From: Candidatus Hydrogenedentota bacterium
GTDB taxonomy: Bacteria > Hydrogenedentota > Hydrogenedentia > Hydrogenedentales > SLHB01
Length of the DNA: 54,598 nucleotides
Reading direction: 5' to 3'
Assembly (NCBI GenBank): GCA_029974275.1
Contig: JARKSN010000312.1
Location: 1 to 54,598 of the forward strand
Positions within the stretch are counted from its first letter, which is position 1, and each line of letters begins with the position of its first letter. The position numbers were made by a program, and so were the translations under genes. Under the pieces are notes generated by a model that saw only the letters and a list, made by a program, of their open reading frames with translations, did no database searches and was not told the DNA's origin. Below are positions 37,393 to 47,200 of the stretch, in pieces.

Positions 37393-38125
37393 ACATGCGT
37401 CCTCGCAGATGTCTGCCCCCGTCCACATACAGCACCTGACCCGTGATAAAACGGCTCTCCAGCAAAAACACCGCCGCCTGCGCCACATCTTCCGGATCGC
37501 CATGAGCGTTCAACGGATTCGTATGGGCGAGATCGGCCAAATACGCCGCATCCTTCCCCTGAGGCGGCAGGATAAGCCCCGGCGCGACCGCATTCACGCG
37601 GATTCGCGGCGCATAGGCAACGGCCATCATGCTGGTCAGCGAGGCGAGCATGCGCTTGCTGAGATGATAGGCCGCATGCTCCCCGTCATGGTCCGTCATG
37701 CGCGCGTCCAACAGGTTGACGATCGCCCCGGCGCGGCCCTGCGCCGCAAACGACCGCGCGATCAACGCAGGAGCCAGCGCGTTGATCCCGATGTTCGCCG
37801 CCAAATCCTCCGGCGAAAAGGAGTCCACCCGCGACTCCGTGAAAATGGACGCGTTGTTCACCAGCCAGTCGATCGAAGTTCCGGACGCATCCGCCGCGCG
37901 CGACACAAGCCCAGCCGCGGCTTCCGGCAACGCTAGATCGGCCTGAACCGCCCAGGCTCCCGCACCGATCTTTCGTAGTTCTTCCACGAACGCCGCCGCC
38001 TCCGCAGCCGACGTCCTATGATGCACCACGACGCCGGCGCCCCGTCGGGCAAGCGCCAGCGCTATGGCCTTGCCCAAACGCCGCGCACCGCCCGTAACCA
38101 ATGCGGTCTTTCCTTGAAAATCCAT
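37385..38125 (-). CDS. Pteridine reductase-like SDR (FolM/PTR1-like)
   Basis: ALVTGGARRLGKAIA, LVNNASIF, YHLSK (YxxxK), RVNAVAPG, ITGQVLYVDGGRHL; heads the fol operon. Confidence 0.88.
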   Translation of the reverse strand: MDFQGKTALVTGGARRLGKAIALALARRGAGVVVHHRTSAAEAAAFVEELRKIGAGAWAVQADLALPEAAAGLVSRAADASGTSIDWLVNNASIFTESRVDSFSPEDLAANIGINALAPALIARSFAAQGRAGAIVNLLDARMTDHDGEHAAYHLSKRMLASLTSMMAVAYAPRIRVNAVAPGLILPPQGKDAAYLADLAHTNPLNAHGDPEDVAQAAVFLLESRFITGQVLYVDGGRHLRGRMYE

Positions 38126-38166
38126 TGCTGTAAAGCCTCCCGCGAAACGGGCAAGCGACGGGCGCG

Positions 38167-39069
38167 CTACTGGGCCGCCTCGGAAACGGCCGGCGGTTCC
38201 GACGTTGCGGCGGCGCCGGCCTCAGACGCCGAATCGGCGCTCGCCAACGGCGCAGGCTCAGGCGCGCTTTCGTACGATGGGGCCTGCTTGGCCGCCTCTA
38301 CAATGTCATCCGCCGGCAAAATAACGATGATCGGGGAGTTTTCCCCCATGAATCCGGACGCCCCCCCAACGCTCTTGGTCATACGCAGCAACGTGATGCC
38401 CACCACCCTGCCATCGAGTGCAAACACCGGAACGCCAATCTCGTTCGTGATGTCTCCAGCGTTCGGAATGTAAAACGTGCGCGGCTTCTCCATGATGGCG
38501 GCAATGCGGCCGACAGAAGCCGAATACGAATGGTTCGCCACCTTGCCCATCCGGTTCAAAATGACCAACGGGTCCAGCACTTCGGGCTTGGCGCCCTGTG
38601 CAAAATCGACGAACGCATACGTTTCGCCCTCCTTGGCCTGCGGGCGCACGAAAGCCAAATCCAGGTCCTTGTCGCGCAGGACGATCTTGGCGGGCGTCTC
38701 GCCGCCGCCATCCTTGAGGATTTTCACATCGCTCACCGTGCTCTCGATCCGCGGACCGCCCTCCTCGCCGCCATGAGACATCATCTCCTGATACACGGCG
38801 GCCGGATCGGTCGCAGACAGCGACACCACCGTCAGCCCCGAAGCGTCTATCACCGTGCCCGAAACCTCTGACTTCATTTCGTTTTGTTGAGAGCCGGCGC
38901 CCGCCATGCTGTATTGCATCTTGATGACGAGTTCGACGGTGACGACGGCCTGCTTGTTCTTCTCAAGGATGCCGCGCCCAGCAAGGGCGACCTCGTCTGC
39001 GGATGCAGGACAGACCCAACCGGCGATGGCCACTGCGACAATGACCGGAATCGAGAGGATGTGACGCAT
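38167..39069 (-). CDS. Exported trypsin-like (HtrA-type) domain protein lacking catalytic His and Ser
   Basis: Signal peptide; SGTVIDASGLTVVSLS (no TNxH), DKDLDLAFV, NEIGVPVFALDGRVVGI (no GNSGG). Confidence 0.75.
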   Translation of the reverse strand: MRHILSIPVIVAVAIAGWVCPASADEVALAGRGILEKNKQAVVTVELVIKMQYSMAGAGSQQNEMKSEVSGTVIDASGLTVVSLSATDPAAVYQEMMSHGGEEGGPRIESTVSDVKILKDGGGETPAKIVLRDKDLDLAFVRPQAKEGETYAFVDFAQGAKPEVLDPLVILNRMGKVANHSYSASVGRIAAIMEKPRTFYIPNAGDITNEIGVPVFALDGRVVGITLLRMTKSVGGASGFMGENSPIIVILPADDIVEAAKQAPSYESAPEPAPLASADSASEAGAAATSEPPAVSEAAQ

Positions 39070-39109
39070 GATGTTCTCCTTGTTGCGCGGTTAAACCGCC
39101 TTGAGGCGA

Positions 39110-41149
39110 TTATTCTTTCCACTTAGGCTCGGATTCAAGAAATAGCTGATGGATGCCGCGCTTGACGCGAAACACCACGACCTTCGGGGCCGCCCGTTCC
39201 ATGTCTTTCATCCGTTTCTCGAAGGACGCGGCATCCGTCACCGACGCGCCGTTCACCTCGACAACGAGATCGCCCACGTACAATTCGCCCAATGCGGCCC
39301 ACCCGCCCGACGTCACCTCCTCGACCATCACGCCTTGTTGCGTCTCCGCCCATTTCTGAGCGTTTTTGTCGAAAAACGTGATGTCGCGAACCGTGAACTC
39401 AAAATTGTGATCGCGGCACTTCCGCATCTCCCGACTCAACTTGGGCGAGGCGGCCAACGTGACCGGAACCTTCTGCGTCTGACCGTCACGATGGATGGAA
39501 AGCTCGACGACCGAACCGATTTTATACTGCCGGATACGGGTCGGAAGCTCCTCATAGTTCTCGGGAGACGATGCCGTCAACGCCTCGCCATCCAGCGCCA
39601 AAATAAAATCGCCCACGCAAAGACCCGCCTGCGCCGCCGTGCTATCAGGATACACCTGAACAATGCGAAACCCCGTCATCTCCGGCGCGCCAAGCTGCCG
39701 CGCCATATCGCGCGTGATCACCTGCGCGTCCACCGGAAGCCATGCCTTGGTGACCTCCAGGCCCGGGTCCTCCAATTCCTTAATGCCCACCTTGACGACC
39801 GTCAGGTACTTGCCGTTCCGGCGCTCGAAACCAACCAGCGTCGGAACTGGGTCCTTCTGATCCTTGACGAGGGCATCGGTTATGGCGCGCAAATCGGAAA
39901 CCTTGTCCACCGCCTTGCCTGCCGCCTCGACAATCACGTCTTTCCCTTGAATCTGCGGCTTGGCCTCGCCCGCCGGGCCGCCCGGACGCACCGACGTCAC
40001 CAGCACGCCGTTCGTATTATCCCGCTTCATTTCCAACGCCAACGCAGGAGAAATAGGGCGCACGGTCACCCCCCATTCCTTGAATTCCGATTCCCTGGGC
40101 AACATCTCCTCGCGCTCCGCCGTCTTGACGCGAAACACCCTTTCCTCCGTTCCGCGCAACACTCTCACCTCCACTTCCTCGCCAAGAGGCAAATCGCACA
40201 CCATCTGATTGAACGCCGGCATCTCCTCGCGGAATCGGGCATAGGTTTCCTTGTCGGCGACCTGAACCACCTTGTCGCCGGGAAGAATCCCGGCCACCGC
40301 CGCCGGACCGCCTTCGATCACCGTGTTCACCAGCACGCCGCGACGCCCCTCGTCGGACTTGAGCAGCGGCTGCACGCCCATCCCCATCCAACTGCGCTTG
40401 ACCTTGCCCTGAGCGATGAGCGTCTCGGCCACCGCCTTGGCCTGATTGCCGGGGATGGCGCCCGCCAAGGCCATGCTAATCTCATTGATGCCGATGATTT
40501 CCCCATCCAAATTGACCAACGGCCCCCCCGAATTGCCGCCGTAGATCGACGCGTCATGGCCGATCCACCGAACAATGCTGCCCACGTCCTCGCCGTCCAA
40601 CTTGATCTCCGCATACGGACCCAGCATCGCCGGCATCACCATCTCGGTGTTGCTGACAATGCCCTTCGTCACCGATTGCGACAACGCCATGGGACTCCCC
40701 ATCGCCAATACCGTCTCGCCCACCTTCATCCGCGACGAATCGCCAAACGACGCCACGGGATATTCCCGCGTCCCATCGTTCTTCAGCTTGATGACGGCGA
40801 CGTCCACCATCGGATCCGTCCCGACCAATTCCGCCTCCACCTCTTCGCGCGTCGAAAGCGTGCACACCAGCCTCTTGGCATGCCCCGCTACGTGATGGTT
40901 CGTGACGACATGCCCCTCCTTCGTGATAATCACCCCGCTGCCGCTGGTTTCATCCTTGATCTCGCGCCCGTCCGAATAATTCGCCTCAACCACCTGAATG
41001 CGCACCAAAGCCGGCTTCACCCTCGCCACCGCCTGTTCGGTCGACGCCTGTTCCAGCCCCTCCTCCTGCGCAACAGCCCCCCAGACACACCCCCAAAACA
41101 CAACAACGCCCCACATGCCGCGATACGCACACCGGGGAACCATGTTCAT
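39110..41149 (-). CDS. HtrA/DegP-family serine protease with multiple PDZ domains
   Basis: Signal peptide; GSGVII, VVTNHHV (His), DVAVIK (Asp), GNSGGPLVN (Ser); about four PDZ-like repeats (GGPAAVAGI, GGPAGEA, DSTAAQAGL, GGWAALGEL). Confidence 0.92.
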   Translation of the reverse strand: MNMVPRCAYRGMWGVVVFWGCVWGAVAQEEGLEQASTEQAVARVKPALVRIQVVEANYSDGREIKDETSGSGVIITKEGHVVTNHHVAGHAKRLVCTLSTREEVEAELVGTDPMVDVAVIKLKNDGTREYPVASFGDSSRMKVGETVLAMGSPMALSQSVTKGIVSNTEMVMPAMLGPYAEIKLDGEDVGSIVRWIGHDASIYGGNSGGPLVNLDGEIIGINEISMALAGAIPGNQAKAVAETLIAQGKVKRSWMGMGVQPLLKSDEGRRGVLVNTVIEGGPAAVAGILPGDKVVQVADKETYARFREEMPAFNQMVCDLPLGEEVEVRVLRGTEERVFRVKTAEREEMLPRESEFKEWGVTVRPISPALALEMKRDNTNGVLVTSVRPGGPAGEAKPQIQGKDVIVEAAGKAVDKVSDLRAITDALVKDQKDPVPTLVGFERRNGKYLTVVKVGIKELEDPGLEVTKAWLPVDAQVITRDMARQLGAPEMTGFRIVQVYPDSTAAQAGLCVGDFILALDGEALTASSPENYEELPTRIRQYKIGSVVELSIHRDGQTQKVPVTLAASPKLSREMRKCRDHNFEFTVRDITFFDKNAQKWAETQQGVMVEEVTSGGWAALGELYVGDLVVEVNGASVTDAASFEKRMKDMERAAPKVVVFRVKRGIHQLFLESEPKWKE

Positions 41150-41450
41150 CGGAATCTCCTTCCCTATGCAATGGGCCGCGAAACTTCTCGTCGATCGCCC
41201 CATTCGAGCTTGCGCGCCATTTCACGCAAATCGGCTCGATTATCGACACCCTCTCGTTGACTGTCAAGGACCGTCAAGGCGATCGCTCCCATTCGGTTGA
41301 ACGGACGACCTGTCCCCCAAACGTTGGCTGGTTGACATACGGCGTGGGCGATGCTAGCGTTTACCCGGGCTTTGGCGCTTGATGTCGGCAATTGCACGCG
41401 TCCATGAAAGCGCCCCAAACCTTGTGAAAAGAGCAAGGAGTTGTTGTCGC

Positions 41451-42377
41451 ATGATTTCTTTTGGCATCGTCGTAGCCTTCGTGGCCGAAATCGTCGCCTA
41501 TTCCCTGCTGTGCGCGATCCTCTGGAAAATCCACCTGTTCGGCATGCCGATCGGAGCCGCCGCAGCATCACTTGTCACCCTGATCCTCGCAGCGCGCGCG
41601 GCGATCGCGCCGCTCTCATTCGCGGCCGCATGGCTTTGGGGAACGCCTCGTCCTCTCGAACTGCGTCTTCGGTGGCCGCGCGCAATCGCCATGGTGGCCG
41701 CGGAAACCGGGGCCTTTCTCATTGCCATATTTTTACTGATGCCCTTTGCCCGCCGCTTGACCCTGCAACGCCGGGGGCACGTAAGCGCCACATCGCAGCC
41801 GCCGGTTCTATTCCTCCATGGGTACGGCGCCAATTCGGGCGTATGGGCCCCCATGCTGCGATCCCTGTCGGCTCGGGGAGTCGCCAACCTTTTCACCATC
41901 GACCTGGAGCCCCGCTTCGGCAGCATCGATGCACACGCCCAGCAAGTCGCCGCCCTTGTCACGCGCCTATGCAGCACGACACGATCCCCAAAAGTCATCC
42001 TCGTAGCGCACAGCATGGGCGGCCTGGTCGCCCGCGCCTACGTCGAACGCTGCGGCGGAACGTCCCGCGTCGCCAAAGTCATCACCATCGCCACGCCGCA
42101 CCACGGCAGCCTTTTGGCGCGCTTCGCCCCAGGCGCCAACGGAGCCCAGATGCGCCCAGGCAGCGCCTGGCTCGACGATCTCAACCGCGAAGAGAACACG
42201 TCCCACGATGTGCGCTACGTCTCTATTTACAGCGCTCACGACAACATGGTGGTTCCCTATGCGAGCGCCGAACTCGGCAAGGCCCGCAACATCCTGTTCC
42301 CGGCTCGCGGCCATTTCGACCTCCTGTTCTGCAAGGACGTCGGCCAAATCGTCTACCGCGAACTGACCGGTCACTAA
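41451..42377 (+). CDS. Membrane-anchored alpha/beta hydrolase (lipase/esterase)
   Basis: N-terminal TM helices; PVLFLHGYG, VAHSMGGLVAR nucleophile elbow, IATPHHGS, HDNMV, GHFDLL; AAGGAG RBS. Confidence 0.85.
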   Translation: MISFGIVVAFVAEIVAYSLLCAILWKIHLFGMPIGAAAASLVTLILAARAAIAPLSFAAAWLWGTPRPLELRLRWPRAIAMVAAETGAFLIAIFLLMPFARRLTLQRRGHVSATSQPPVLFLHGYGANSGVWAPMLRSLSARGVANLFTIDLEPRFGSIDAHAQQVAALVTRLCSTTRSPKVILVAHSMGGLVARAYVERCGGTSRVAKVITIATPHHGSLLARFAPGANGAQMRPGSAWLDDLNREENTSHDVRYVSIYSAHDNMVVPYASAELGKARNILFPARGHFDLLFCKDVGQIVYRELTGH

Positions 42378-42434
42378 ACCTCCAGACGGCCCGGCGGCGC
42401 AGCGCGCAAGCAAGTGGCGGACATCGCGGCGATT

Positions 42435-42443
42435 TGCTATACT
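42435..42443 (+). promoter_or_regulatory. Extended -10 promoter for tRNA-Pro
   Basis: TGcTATACT ending 10 nt before the tRNA. Confidence 0.5.
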
Positions 42444-42453
42444 GCGCTCGGAT

Positions 42454-42530
42454 CGGGGCGTGGCGCAGCCCGGTAGCGCACCTGCTTTGGGAGCAGGGGG
42501 CCGCTGGTTCAAATCCAGTCGCCCCGACCA
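42454..42530 (+). tRNA. tRNA-Pro(TGG)
   Basis: CGGGGCGTGGCGCAGCCCGGTAGCGCA CCTGC-TT-TGG-GA-GCAGG ...GGTTCAAATCC...CGCCCCGACCA; 77 nt with CCA. Confidence 0.97.
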
Positions 42531-42660
42531 TTTTCCTTTCTTAAGAAATTCTCTTCCTCAAGAACCTGCCCGTACCCCTTTTCACTGAACAGTCCCACGT
42601 CTCAGGCTTTGTCTGTGCCCTTTTCCTGATGTGCGCTATTTACCGCCTCCCGCCTGCAAG

Positions 42661-43320
42661 CACACGCCCTTCACCGGACGGTTACGGTGATGCAAAGGTC
42701 GAGGAGATCGTGGTCAAGACCTTGGAGAGCAAGCCGGAGAACGCCACGCAGTGGAGCACGCGCCTCATGGCGAAAGATACGCAGGTTTCGCAAAACACGA
42801 TCGTCCGGATATGGCACGCCTTCGGCTTGAAGCCACATATGGAGGAGACGTTCAAACTTTCCAAAGACCCGTTCTTCATCGAGAAGGTGCGCGATATCGT
42901 GGGTTTGTATATGGCCCCTCCGGACAAAGCGGTGGTTTTGTGCGTTGACGAGAAGTCGCAGGTTCAGGCCTTGGACCGAACACAACCGTTGTTGCCGATG
43001 TCGCCGGGTTATCCCGAACGCCGATGTCATGACTATGTCCGCAACGGGACAACCTCCTTGTTCGCCGCACTGGACGTCGCCACGGGCGAAGTCATCGGGA
43101 AATGCCACCGGCAACACCGCCATCAGGAATTCCTGCAGTTCCTTAGAACGATTGAGTCCGGTGTTCCTCAAGGGCTGGACGTGCATCTGGTCATGGACAA
43201 CTACGGCGCCCACAAGACGCCGAAAATCAAGAATTGGCTTGCCCGGCGCCCGCATTGGCACGTTCACTTCACGCCGACCGGGACGTCGTGGCTCAACATG
43301 GTGGAACGATTCTTCGGCCA
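42661..43320 (+). mobile_element. IS630-family transposase remnant, truncated at both ends
   Basis: [83 protein letters not shown]-terminal HTH and C-terminal tail are missing. Confidence 0.88.
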
Positions 43321-43639
43321 ACTCTACCTCAAACTCCCGCGAGGTCATCCCCACGCCTGCGCCATGCGCGCCGCGCTGGCATAGACCATCCTTGCCGACC
43401 GCATACACCCACAACGCCACCGGGACCGCGAGCCCCGCGCCCCCGCCATAACGACTCGCCAGAGCCACGGTTGACCCCAAAGCGTCGCGACAAACCCACA
43501 CAACGACTCCATGCCCCACACGAAAGCCGCCACTCACCTCTTGCCCGGCGATTTGGGATGTTGAGCATCGTTGAACCCTGCCCGGTCGAGACCGTAAGCT
43601 CAGTGACGCCAACGAGTGCAATTAGATGCGAGGCACAGT

Positions 43640-44989
43640 ATGTATCAACGCGAGTCCATTCTGAATGTCCTGGTTGTGGATGACGAGATCAACATCCGCA
43701 AGACGCTCTCCGTATGCCTCGATATGGACGGCCACCGGACAATTGCCGTCAGCAACTTTCAGGACGCGCTTGCAGAGGCGTCTCGTCGGTCGTTTGATAT
43801 TGCTTTCCTCGATCTGCGCTTGGGCGCTGCGAACGGAATGGATCTCATCCCGGCACTGCTATCGTCGGCGCCGTGGCTCAAGATCATTGTGATCACAGCG
43901 TACGCCTCCATCGATACGGCAGTCGAGGCCATTCGGCGCGGCGCGACGGACTACATTCCCAAACCCTTCACGCCGGAGCAGGTGCGATTGGCGGTAGAGA
44001 AGGCCTCGCAGGTCCGTCTCTTGGAGCAGCGGATTGCCGCGTTGCAGGAGGACCTCGGGCGCACAAATCCGGAAGCGAATCTCACCACCCACACACCAGC
44101 GATACAGCGCGTGCTTGACCTCGCACGCCAGGTGGCTGACTCGGACGCCACAGTCCTCATTCGCGGAGAGAGCGGCACGGGCAAAGGCGTGTTGGCGCGG
44201 GCCATCCACGCTTGGAGCAAACGCACGGCAAAGCCGCTAGGCGTCGTGTCTTGTCCGTCGTTGCCGTCGGATCTGTTGGAAAGCGAATTGTTTGGCCATG
44301 TCAAAGGGGCCTTTACGGGAGCCGTGCGGGACAACCCGGGACGCATTGCCGCGTGTGAAGGCGGGACGCTGTTGTTGGACGAGATCGGGGACCTTCCCCT
44401 GTCGCTGCAACCGAAGTTGCTGCGTTTCATTCAGGATCGCGAGTACGAGCGCGTGGGCGATTACCGGCCTCGCACGGCAGACGTCAGACTACTCGCGGCG
44501 ACGAACGTCGATCTGGAACTGGCCGTGAAGGAAGGGCGATTTCGCGGGGACCTCTTCTACCGTTTGAACGTCGTCCAGCTGGAGATGCCGCCGTTGCGCG
44601 AGCGACAGGAGGACATTGTCGCCCTTGCGGAACACTTGTTGGTGTTCTTCGGAAAGACGCATCACCGCTCTTTTCACGGATTCACGGAAGACGCCAAGGA
44701 TGCGTTGCGGCAGTACCCTTGGCCCGGCAATCTTAGGGAGCTTCGCAACACCGTCGAGCGCGCAACCATTCTCGCGCGCGGCCACGATATTGGCGTGGAG
44801 CACCTTCCCGAAAACATCGCCGGTTTTGGGAGCATCCCTAGAATGGCAGAACCTCTTACGTTGCAGGACGTCGAGGAACGCCACATCCGGCGCGTACTCG
44901 CCATATCGAAGACATTGCAGGAAGCGGCGGACGCCCTGGGCATAGACCAAGCAACCCTCTGGCGCAAACGCAAACAGTACGGTATCTGA
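43640..44989 (+). CDS. Sigma-54-dependent response regulator (NtrC/AlgB-like enhancer-binding protein)
   Basis: Receiver (LVVDDE, FLDLRL, YIPKPF), GESGTGK, ELFGHVKGAFTGA, LLDEIGD, DLFYRLNV, WPGNLREL, Fis-type HTH. Confidence 0.95.
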   Translation: MYQRESILNVLVVDDEINIRKTLSVCLDMDGHRTIAVSNFQDALAEASRRSFDIAFLDLRLGAANGMDLIPALLSSAPWLKIIVITAYASIDTAVEAIRRGATDYIPKPFTPEQVRLAVEKASQVRLLEQRIAALQEDLGRTNPEANLTTHTPAIQRVLDLARQVADSDATVLIRGESGTGKGVLARAIHAWSKRTAKPLGVVSCPSLPSDLLESELFGHVKGAFTGAVRDNPGRIAACEGGTLLLDEIGDLPLSLQPKLLRFIQDREYERVGDYRPRTADVRLLAATNVDLELAVKEGRFRGDLFYRLNVVQLEMPPLRERQEDIVALAEHLLVFFGKTHHRSFHGFTEDAKDALRQYPWPGNLRELRNTVERATILARGHDIGVEHLPENIAGFGSIPRMAEPLTLQDVEERHIRRVLAISKTLQEAADALGIDQATLWRKRKQYGI

Positions 44990-45021
44990 AGTTCTTTTTT
45001 TGTCTCTTTCGTCGCGCAGCT

Positions 45022-45070
45022 CCTTGCATAATGCAAGGCATTTCTTGCCCCGATCCTTAACGCTGCAAGG
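45022..45070 (+). promoter_or_regulatory. Candidate upstream activator sites for the sigma-54 regulator
   Basis: Perfect dyad CCTTGCAT-A-ATGCAAGG (45022-45038) and a degenerate copy CCTTAACGCTGCAAGG (45055-45070), about 60-110 bp upstream of the -24/-12 site. Confidence 0.65.
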
Positions 45071-45129
45071 CGCCTTGCCCTGTACTCTTCAAAATGGTCC
45101 ACTTTGCGGTCATTCCCTTCTTCTCCTGT

Positions 45130-45145
45130 TGGCACTGGTCTTGCA
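45130..45145 (+). promoter_or_regulatory. Sigma-54 -24/-12 promoter for the kinase-kdp operon
   Basis: TGGCAC-TGGTC-TTGCA matches the TGGCAC-N5-TTGCW consensus exactly. Confidence 0.85.
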
Positions 45146-45179
45146 CTTTACAGACAGGAAACAGAGGAGACTCCGCGCG

Positions 45180-47024
45180 ATGTTTGGACTGCGCTCGAAA
45201 CTATCCCTAGGATTTGGCGGTCTACTGCTGATCATTTTGATCATCGGCATCCAAGGGATTATTCGCGTAAACGAACTAGGCCAATCGATCGACGTCATCT
45301 TGCGCGAAAACTATCGCAGCGTGATTGCGTGCCAGGAGATGAAGGAGAGCCTGGAGCGAATGGATAGCGGCGTTCTGTTTGTCCTTCTCGGCTATGAGAC
45401 CCAGGGCAAGGCGCAAATCGACGCGTATCGGGTCAAATTCGACAAGGCCATGCGTATAGAGGGCGGCAATATCACACTATCCGACGAAGGAGAGAGCTTC
45501 TCGGGTTTGGCATCCAGCTATTCGCGATACCAAGATGTCCTTAAGGAAGTTACCGACACATCAATGCCTATTGATGAGCGTCGAGACAGCTATTTCACGG
45601 AACTGTTCCCGCTCTTTCAGTCTGTCAAGGAGTCCGCGAATCGGATTCTTCAAATGAATCAGCAGAATATGGCCGACGCGAACATGGTCGCGCGCGACAA
45701 AGCGGCGAAGGCGAGCCAGCGAATGTACCTGCTTTTGATTTGCGGCGTAGGCATTGCCAGCATGTTCATTTACTACACCGGACGCTGGATATTGCGCCCC
45801 ATTACCACATTGACCCATTCCGCGAACGAGATCGCCCACGGCAATTTGGATTTGGTCGTAGGCTCGGGCTCCCACGACGAGATGGGGCAATTGGCTCGCA
45901 CCTTCGACGCCATGGCATCGAGTCTGCGGGAGTATCGTCGGACCAACGAAGCCAAAGTGCTCAACCTGCAACGCGCCACGCAACAGGCCCTGGAAGACTT
46001 GTCCGCCGCAATTGTCGTTGCCAACCTCGATGGCGCCGCGGAAGTAGTAAGCAGGGCCGCCCACGATGCATTTGGTGTGGAGGTTGGCCGTCGCGTTCAG
46101 GAATGCAAGCATCCGTGGATCGGCGAGTTGCTGGAACGTGTTGTCCAGTCGGGACAACGAGAACAATTCGGTCAAGGTGACTACCCGGTGCAGATTTTTG
46201 TCGGCGGACAGGAGAGATTCTTCCGCCCCGAGGCCTTGCCGGTTCTAGACGGGTTTGGAAAACCGACAGGGGTAGCATTCGTGTTGCACGATGCGACGCA
46301 AGCCAAGCAACAAGACGAACTCAAACGCGGCCTCGTCTCGACGGTGTCGCATCAGTTGAAAACTCCCTTGACCTCGATCCGTATGGCGCTCTATCTGTTG
46401 TTGGACGATAAGATCGGGCCGCTGACACCCAAACAGGAAGAGCTGCTCGTTACAGCACGCGAGGACAGCGAGCGATTGTATGCCATCGTCGAAGACCTTC
46501 TGGACATTGCGCGCATTCAGTCCGGTCGCATTCAAATGGACCTTCAACGCGTTGATGCATCGACTTTGGCTCTTGACTCGATCGAGTCGTTCAAAGCCCA
46601 GGCCCAAGGCTGCGGTGTCACGCTGACCGCTTCCATTCCGGCAGGACTGCCCGATGTGCAGGCGGACACCACGCGCGTCCCGCACGTCTTTGCCAACCTC
46701 CTGTCGAACGCCATCAAGTATACATCACCCGGAGGTAGCGTGACAGTGGCGGCACGTGCAGGCAATGAGGCGGTCTGGTATTCCGTGACTGATACCGGTT
46801 GCGGAATTGCGCCGGAATATTTGCCGCGTGTGTTTGAGCAGTTTTTTCGCGCGCCTCAGCAAGGGCGTGCTTCCGGGGCAGGACTCGGACTCGCCATCGC
46901 GAAGGAGATCGTGACGGCGCACGGCGGTGAAATTTTCGCGGAAAGCGACTTGGGAAGCGGAAGCACGTTCTCGTTTTCGCTCAGGCAGGCGGAGCACGTG
47001 GCCGCGTCGGAGAAGCACACATGA
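45180..47024 (+). CDS. Sensor histidine kinase (periplasmic helical sensor, HAMP, PAS-like, HisKA, HATPase; KinB-like)
   Basis: GAGGAG RBS; two TMs; HAMP (RPITTL...DEMGQLARTFD); STVSHQLKTPLTSI, NLLSNAIKY, DTGCGI, GAGLGLAI. Confidence 0.93.
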   Translation: MFGLRSKLSLGFGGLLLIILIIGIQGIIRVNELGQSIDVILRENYRSVIACQEMKESLERMDSGVLFVLLGYETQGKAQIDAYRVKFDKAMRIEGGNITLSDEGESFSGLASSYSRYQDVLKEVTDTSMPIDERRDSYFTELFPLFQSVKESANRILQMNQQNMADANMVARDKAAKASQRMYLLLICGVGIASMFIYYTGRWILRPITTLTHSANEIAHGNLDLVVGSGSHDEMGQLARTFDAMASSLREYRRTNEAKVLNLQRATQQALEDLSAAIVVANLDGAAEVVSRAAHDAFGVEVGRRVQECKHPWIGELLERVVQSGQREQFGQGDYPVQIFVGGQERFFRPEALPVLDGFGKPTGVAFVLHDATQAKQQDELKRGLVSTVSHQLKTPLTSIRMALYLLLDDKIGPLTPKQEELLVTAREDSERLYAIVEDLLDIARIQSGRIQMDLQRVDASTLALDSIESFKAQAQGCGVTLTASIPAGLPDVQADTTRVPHVFANLLSNAIKYTSPGGSVTVAARAGNEAVWYSVTDTGCGIAPEYLPRVFEQFFRAPQQGRASGAGLGLAIAKEIVTAHGGEIFAESDLGSGSTFSFSLRQAEHVAASEKHT

Positions 47025-47104
47025 TGGACATCGTTTATATCTTGTTGGGCCTTGATTTCTTTGGCTTGTGCGTTCTGTACGCGTTGGCATGCGAAAGGTT
47101 GTGA
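47021..47104 (+). CDS. 27-aa single-TM microprotein preceding kdpF
   Basis: MMDIVYILLGLDFFGLCVLYALACERL; ATGA-coupled to the kinase stop; below the ORF track threshold. Confidence 0.65.
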   Translation: MMDIVYILLGLDFFGLCVLYALACERL

Positions 47105-47109
47105 ACACT

Positions 47110-47190
47110 ATGAATGCAGTTGTCAGCATAATCGTGGTTTCGTTGATCGTGTATTTGTTTGTCTCAGTGCTTAGGCCGGAATGGTTTTGA
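47110..47190 (+). CDS. kdpF: K+-transporting ATPase subunit F
   Basis: MNAVVSIIVVSLIVYLFVSVLRPEWF matches the KdpF YL....L.PE.F motif, directly before kdpA. Confidence 0.85.
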   Translation: MNAVVSIIVVSLIVYLFVSVLRPEWF

Positions 47191-47200
47191 AGGAATTGGC

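Noticed and set aside
34797..41260. + strand ORFs of 649 and 703 aa
   Set aside because: Antisense shadows of the URO-D/fol and htrA-like genes.
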